Shown here: piece by piece, positions 58,501-64,000 of the stretch
Position numbering within the stretch: position 1 is the stretch's first letter
How the letters are laid out: each line of letters starts with the position of its first letter
From: Azolla caroliniana
Taxonomy: Eukaryota; Plantae; Polypodiophyta
Direction: 5' to 3'
DNA length: 64,000 nucleotides
NCBI GenBank assembly: GCA_043228905.1
Contig: JBHGNT010000014.1
Location: 13,578,001 to 13,642,000 of the forward strand
Program-made: the position numbers and the translations under genes
Notes under the pieces: generated by a model
What the model was told of the DNA's origin: nothing
Seen by the model: the letters and a program-made list of their open reading frames with translations, nothing else
Databases searched by the model: none

Positions 58501-59127
58501 ATGCCAACGGAAACCGCAATCGCGACATGGACAATACTACCGTGGAAGGAAGAGATGAGTCGGGAAGAACTACTAGCGGTCCGGATACGACAACTGGAGG
58601 GAAGACCGAAAGATGTAGCGGAAGCGTCACGCCGACAACAAGAAGCACGGTTCCGGAACAAAAGTCGGTTCGACACAAAGCACCGACTACGACCGAGGAG
58701 GATTGAAGAAGGAGATTGGGTGATCGTCTATGATAGTAGCTTGGACCATCAACATACAACGATGCGGAAATTCGCGAAAAGGTGGTTCGGGCCGTACGAG
58801 GTTCGGAAGGTCTTCGACAACGGGACGTACCGACTGTCCGAGTTGGATGGAACAATACTACGAGTGCCTATAGCCGGGAAGCGGGTGAAGATTTTCAAGA
58901 AGCGGACCGACGACAAACCTTATGTGATCCAAGTCGAGGCCGACAACGAGGAGCAATCGGACGAAGACCACAATGATGCGGGAAGCGAAGAAAGTGGATT
59001 ACAACTCATAGTCGACATAAGGGGAGAATCGGAGGAAGCTTCGGATGAAGACGGATACGAAGAATCAAGAACTTCGGCACATACCGGAGGATGTGCGGGT
59101 TTGGAGGGGGCGAGTGTCGTAGTGTAG
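55516..59127 (+). CDS. Pol (RT-RNase H-integrase) in the -1 frame relative to gag; first in-frame ATG after the gag stop at 55660
   Basis: YSNRWFTVPKKNG, DLYSGYDQ, LPQGATNS, FLDD (RT); VDTSPTGIG, ETDCLP, NAVADMLSR (RH); HHCC, MVDIV, IADRGE, NPEANGKIER, WFGPY (INT). No chromodomain, acidic tail, stop inside the 3' LTR. Confidence 0.95.
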   Translation, partial: GFLKRTVAEWGSDSPRSPDTPHRKKTLGAKQVRIGPDGASTYTAVTGGMKKQYRQVEDKLRSASIIKEDEEIVGVIEEVFYGNTLQRLEELAEDKSQGNRVVPVESVEMYEIVAKMGPDALRKEEAMVSTKYKTVEKKVKPAAGPLPADSEQKKKEVSGDPTLRKSVDIGHAFTDETRKKLRIGGGGFLLQEEEKRFREMLEQHGKAFAFTSREIGCIDPKIVEPMVIFTIDHVPWNLKPIPVPRAHIPKVIDLLKEKVAMGILEPSSAPYSNRWFTVPKKNGSLQFIQDLQPVNKVTIRNSGVGPIVDEFAEAFAGRAIYSIGDLYSGYDQFQLAVESRDITTMRTPIGLVRMCTLPQGATNSVAHMMNAMNKVLRDCIPEITMPFLDDIPMKGCAVEEKDETMDDRGCRKFVVDHIHDCEKVLRKLEDVHLTLSGEKSAFGQEEILVVGHLCGPYGRRPSPTKIDAIQAMKEVCESTSEVRRFLGACAFYHIWIPHYAHIADPLYHLLRKGKKFEWKPEHTKAMRKLKKTLWRAESLKKPSYERPIIVTVDTSPTGIGWVINQADSDGSRYPIRFGAKVLNERQRGYAQVKRELWGVVSAIKSDRDYLIGAEVVIETDCLPILGMMRCCTIPDVAMLRWIAYVKSLNPEVRHISGKDNAVADMLSRARFEDDITESDNEEVSEDYFTSEHICRVNVIREFREEEYEGETLMIGKMLQEVEDSTNDKERRAEIRRKKRQVQKFFLENGLIWRTPKRPDGIPLRVVGKKEQRNRIMSEFHESDWAGHRGTWATFVKIKQRYWWKNMYKDVAEFTESCEKCQVYSGVRHRDELHPTFSPTINFKWMVDIVAMPTGIGQKKYLVLAREDLTNQVEGRALRRKTCAAVCQFLLEEVFCRYGCVGQVIADRGELDSDKARGFFAKHGVRLTLTTAYNPEANGKIERGHSPIVKALAKACDGRVKDWPQMLPYALWADRTTHSSVTGYMPAELMTGQAPVMPTETAIATWTILPWKEEMSREELLAVRIRQLEGRPKDVAEASRRQQEARFRNKSRFDTKHRLRPRRIEEGDWVIVYDSSLDHQHTTMRKFAKRWFGPYEVRKVFDNGTYRLSELDGTILRVPIAGKRVKIFKKRTDDKPYVIQVEADNEEQSDEDHNDAGSEESGLQLIVDIRGESEEASDEDGYEESRTSAHTGGCAGLEGASVVV
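59103..59114 (+). other. Polypurine tract
   Basis: GGAGGGGGCGAG immediately before the 3' LTR. Confidence 0.85.
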
Positions 59128-59942
59128 GTTGCACACTATGTGGAAATTATATTTTTGTCCCTCCGGATAGAGAATGGAGTGCTCGGTGAGAACCGGAAGA
59201 AAACGGCATACCGGCAAGGAGGAAAAACGGCATACCGGCAAGGAGGAAAACGGCATACCGGCAAGGAAGAAAACTGCATACCGGCAAGGAAGAGCCGGAT
59301 AAAGAGACATAAATGTAAAAAAAAGAAATACTCACTACTGCGCAGGGCGTGATTCGAACTCTGCACCTCCACGTTGACAAACCCCAACCTTACCATTACA
59401 TTAAATTATCTTAAGTGTTTTAAATATAGATTTAATATGTATAAGACCTTTATTTATGCATACCTTTATTAAAAGGTAAATCGTGTATTTCTTTAATATA
59501 TGAAAAAGAAAAAACACGAGACACTAAAAATAACTCATGCACATCTAGCGTGCAAGAGCCCTATACTTAGGAAATAAAAAAAAAGCATCACATGCACATT
59601 TAGTGTGCATGAACATATGAGAAAAAGCATGTAGCTATGCTTAGTCTCTCCCATCACTATATAAGGATGGGGAGCACATTGTAGTTGTTGTTGATTATTT
59701 GGATTAAGTATTAATCAATACAAAAATTATTCGTGGGATTCACGATTTATACATCTACTTCTCTCTTAACACCCTAAGTACCAATTAATATAGTATACTC
59801 GTGTGATTCACGAGTTTCTTATCTTTCTCTTTGCTATTTACTCATAATTAATCTCTATCTCACGAACTTCTTTCTCCTAGTCCAAGACCTCTGTGGTTCC
59901 CACCCGACTCACGCAAACGATCCGGAGCCGAAAGGCACGACA
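59115..59942 (+). repeat. 3' LTR (828 bp)
   Basis: Matches the 5' LTR except for one fewer 23-bp unit and one C/T difference that I could find by eye (53316 T vs 59811 C). Confidence 0.97.
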
Positions 59943-61164
59943 GCGATTGCAAAGTCTTCATCAAGGGTTCATACACATCACATACCCTCATGATAGCACC
60001 ATGCCGACTAAGCCATCGTGTCTTCACAATCCCAAGAATATGCAAATGTGTGTATTCTAATGCATCTTGCATCTTACTTAATTCACCTTGGCGCATTGAG
60101 CTCCTCGAGAAATGTGCAGCCACCCGATTCACAAGGGCATCTAACTGCTTGCATGTTTCTTTGACTTCGACGTTCTTTGAAGCCTCTTGCACACACAAGT
60201 TTGTTCGATGTGCACAACAATGTAATGAAGTCATAAATGGATTATATGACTTCAATCTTGTAGCAACACCTGTAGACATACCTACCATAACAGATGCTCC
60301 ATCACTTCCAAATCCCATCATTTTTCTAACATCTAAGTTCCACTTTTTTAACAACGCTAAAATGTTTTCTGTTATTGTTTTTGTTGTACCATCCTCTACT
60401 TCAAGTACCCCTAAATAAGAGGTTCGTACTTGCCTTCCTTCCACAAATGTAGCGTAAAGGATCAAGTTCTTGGTCACACTTACATCGGTAGCTTCATCTA
60501 CCATAAGCCCAAACCAAGGACTTGTCCTCAACCTTTCATATATCTCGGCTTCAAGAGCCTTGCTAATGTGCAAGATAAAGCTTGCACAAGCCTTATTATC
60601 ATTGTACATTCGTGGAAGGCCTTCCACACCACACTCTCTTAATAAACGTAAGAGGTTTTCCAATTTTCTAAATGCCAAATCCTCTTTAGCTATAAAATAT
60701 GCACATTTAAACAATTTTTCAACTGCTAAATCCACACTAGCTTTTTTCTTTGATGCACATTTTTCAAGACCATTCTTGTCTCGTTCTTGTAACAAAATGG
60801 CATCTCGATGGGCCACACTTCTTGCATGTTCTTCTAATATAGAAGTCTTAAAATTTTTTGCACCTGTTTTTCCAAATAAGGACTTACAATGTGGGTCATT
60901 CCTACAATAACTACACCATAGAAGCCCAGTTTCTAAATCCTCTTGAAGCCACTTAAATTTAGTAGGCCAATCTTCTTGAAATCTTAGTTTCGCCTTACTA
61001 ACTCTATTTATCTCATTAATTGACTCTTGAGAGTATTGTTGGTCTTTTATAGGTTCTTCTAGAGACACATCTTCATTAGAAGATGACATGTTCTTCCTAA
61101 AACAAGGCATTGTATGAAGGCTCATTTGTTTTCCCTTGCCTTTGCTATTTTTGTTGTGCGACAT
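59943..61164 (-). CDS. hAT transposase, N-terminal part (TTF-type zinc finger, DUF4371, catalytic D/D)
   Basis: WPTKFKWL..LWCSYCR..LEEHARSVAH; GLMVDEATDVS; GFGSDGASVM; HCCAHRTNL; KTRWLSR. Confidence 0.92.
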
Positions 61165-62879
61165 ACTGTAACAATAAGGTAGAGTATATTGAACAATCAT
61201 AATCTATCATTTTCATTTACAAGAAAGGGAAACATACATACACAATCCATGTTTTCCAAAGAGAATAAGAAAATTAAAATACTTGGAATATATGGAAGAT
61301 TGCGAGGCTATAAAAGATTGAGTTTCCACTATGGATCTTCCAATCTATAAAAAAATAAAGAAGAAAGAGGAAGCCTCACATTAGCTTACACGCACATGCA
61401 AATGATAAATAATACATATCTTCACTATTTACTAGTTCATCTCTTTCTTAGCATGTTCGATGCAAAACGCAATTGAAACTCTTAAATTGAATGTCAAAAC
61501 CTCAAAATAATTTCACTATCAATGAGACATACATGCATTGTCTTCGTCTCATGCATGCATTGTCTTCGTCTCATGTTTGGGTCATAAAGTCAAAAGTTTG
61601 AGCAATACATTGTACACATCATACATGTGTATCCAAATATGCACAAAGTGGCCTCGTGGTGTTTACACTAATTATGCTACTCTATCTTGACTTGTCCTAA
61701 ACTTGTATGCTACTCTTGGATCTTCATACAAATCTATTTACATAGAGACAATATGAAATACATGAGCATATGTAACAATTCTTGCTACATCTATATTGAA
61801 AGCACCACTTCATCTTAAGGTTTATGGTAAGTTTGTTTAAAGTAATTGAAATTACCATGCAATGTATTGATTATGAACCGTCACTACAACATTGGTTAGG
61901 GACTCATTGGTTTAAAGCTTAGCAAATCAAGCGATATAAAACCGAGAGAACATGGGTTAGGAATCAGGATGACATGTTATCAAATCACTTGCTCCAACTC
62001 GTTCCTAATGACATCAACATACTCTCTTAGATACGTAGTTCCACATCTTACATGAAAAAAATGAGCAAGACCATTGACAAGTACACAATTGTTCGCATTC
62101 GGCTCAAACTAGGAGACAAATAGACGGGAGAAAACGACAACTAATAGCAAGTTATGAAATCTATGTGGGAGGGGAATACAAACAAATGAGCATTTCATTG
62201 ACATATGCTATGCATGCTATATTGGAGGCAATTACCATTATATATTTCGGGACAAATTCGGACCATTGTACCAAATCACGGAGTGCGAAGGCCCAAAAAG
62301 TTTATGATATTCTTTCTCATGGTTAAACACACTTGCCACGAATCATGGGCCCATGCACTTCTCTCCTCTTCTTTGCCTTTTTTTGAAAACAAAAAAACAG
62401 AGGAAAGCAGAGCCTTTGTTTCCCTCTCTCTTCTTGTTGACTCTGATTGTTTTCTGTGTATCCAACAGCAGCAAGCAAGCCATCTTAAAACTTTATAAGG
62501 TTTCACCATTAAATTAGGGTCTCAATCCCAATACAGGCCTAATTCTGAGAGAGTCTCAGTGTCCTTTTGAAAGGCTCAAACTTTCATACCCTGATTGACA
62601 GAAGAGGCACTCTGATGCTCTCAAAACATACAACAATCTCTTTTGATGCCCCTAAAAAATGATTTAGATATATCTCCAGCTTCTAGCTTCCATCATCGTT
62701 CTGAAATCCTAACAGCCATATCCATTGGAGCAGCTAGCTGCAAAGATGTATGAGGTAAAGCACTTATAGATCCAGCTATGGAGATGAGTTAATCACTTGA
62801 AACTTTCTTTCAAGGTCTTTCTTGTTCCTTTGCAAGAATTGTTAGCGAGAAAGAATTATGAGGTTTCAAAGAGAATGTG

Positions 62880-63140
62880 GTCATGTGGATGATGGCAATA
62901 CCATGATGGTTCATGAAAATGATAATGATGGATGTACCATGGTTCAGGATGATGATGATGTGCATATCATATCTCATGATGGTGGTGATGATGATGATGA
63001 TGGCAATGGGCACACCATCATTCATGATAGGCATGCCACTTCTCAACAGACCATGTTTCATCATGAGTATGTGCATACCATGATTCATGATGATGATGGG
63101 CATGCCATGTTTCATGATGAAGAAGAAGAAGAAGAAGAAA
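62880..63140. repeat. Degenerate ~30-bp GAT/CAT-rich minisatellite inside the hAT element
   Basis: Units such as catgatgatgatgggcatgccatgttt / catgagtatgtgcataccatgatt, followed by (GAA)n. Confidence 0.75.
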
Positions 63141-63720
63141 ATTCTAGTACTCTAATTTCTCTCGCCCATGTTCTGAAATAATTACCGTAGTTTACGGACA
63201 TCCACTGTACTTGCCTCTAGTACAAAAAACACTATTTCTCCAGCGGGAAAATGAACGTTGGAAGCAAAGGCAACAATAATTCAGGATTGCAATCATCAGG
63301 CATTTGAGCAAATATTCATGGATGTCATTAATTATTGTGATAAAGAAACAAAACCTTCACAAACATAGCTATTAAAAATGTGCATTTTATGTATAAAATG
63401 CATTTTAGAATACTTGAACTATTTAACATACATTCTGCATTTTACAACTGCCATTTCAAACTGGTCTTGTTCTTATGAACCTAATTGGAAATTTTTAGAA
63501 ACTATAGTTGTGCACTCACCTTGCAATAGAGAGCGACGAGCGGCGATTGAGCGAGCGGCGATCAACGAGGAAGGAGGAACGAGTAATGATGAAGTCCGAA
63601 GGATGGAGTTGTGAGAAAAAACAGAAATCGACAGAGTGAAATGGAAATTGACAGAGAGGGAGACAGAAATCGTCGTCAGAGAGGGAGAAAGAAATCGTCG
63701 ACAGAGAGGGAGACAGAAAT

Positions 63721-63751
<31 letters not shown>

Positions 63752-64000
63752 GAGGGGGGGAAAAAACACGCAAAGGGGGAAAAAGGGGGAAAAGGGGGGA
63801 AAGGCTCAAGAGTAAATGAATATGTTTTTTTTTAACCTTTTTATTTTTACAAACTATATAAATAGCCGGTTCAAAAAATATGAACCGGCTAGATTCCGGT
63901 TGGTAGGAAAACCTAGCCGGAATCAATTCCGGCTGCCCCCCACCTTGGCCGGCAAAAGTCCCAACCCAACCGGAACGCTGACACTGTTCCTGGGACTTTG

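Larger units (their letters stand above)
52597..59942 (+). mobile_element. Intact young non-chromovirus Ty3/gypsy LTR retrotransposon (Phygy/Selgy-like by inference), 4-bp TSD GCGA
   Basis: Near-identical LTRs TGTCGT...ACGACA, PBS, PPT, uninterrupted gag-PR and RT-RH-INT frames, GCGA on both sides (52593-52596, 59943-59946). Confidence 0.97.
51219..64000 (-). mobile_element. hAT-superfamily DNA transposon (ZNF862/C17orf113-type); right end probably lies just beyond the window
   Basis: Abrupt start CAGTGTTGGGCAAAGTCTCTAGG inside gypsy RT/RNaseH. Window ends with CCTGGGACTTTG (revcomp CAAAGTCCCAGG). CCGG-rich subterminal motifs at both ends, shared ttcttatgaacctaa at ~51263 and ~63470. Encodes a hAT transposase. 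Confidence 0.85.

Noticed and set aside
53694-58976. Many antisense and alternate-frame ORFs within gag/pol
   Set aside because: Expected shadows of a GC-rich coding region. No recognisable domains.
63981-63986. ACACTG as the true right end of the hAT
   Set aside because: Only a 6-bp match to the left end, and the following 8 bp (ttcctggg) do not duplicate gtcctacc. The longer TIR match continues to the window edge.

Overview
Eukaryotic nuclear DNA from a land plant. A non-seed plant such as a fern is plausible from the transposon families present, but that is inference. The left part (1-36 kb) is gene-dense, with spliced host genes: the 3' part of CGI121/TPRKB, an ER-luminal DnaJ/thioredoxin-fold protein (ERdj3A/TMS1-like), a mitochondrial m-AAA protease (FtsH3/10-like), a small conserved plant membrane protein, a GH85 ENGase and an IQD protein. 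Decayed retroelement scraps and short tandem duplications lie between them. The right part (39-64 kb) is a transposon stack: LINE fragments, a near full-length L1/Tx1-type LINE, and a decayed Ty3/gypsy. That gypsy is interrupted by a ~12.8 kb hAT (ZNF862-type) transposon, whose transposase is in turn split by a very young, intact 7.3 kb Ty3/gypsy element (52597-59942). The young element is the most interesting object here. It has a 4-bp TSD, a tRNA-Trp primer site, and protease in the gag frame. A G_GAU_UUU -1 slippery site is followed by a predicted 11+6 bp H-type pseudoknot. CAG/CTG trinucleotides are strongly depleted while CpG is abundant. Each LTR contains an antisense tRNA-like cassette (A box, B box at tRNA spacing, T8 terminator). 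Coordinates were read by eye, and no database search or folding program was run.
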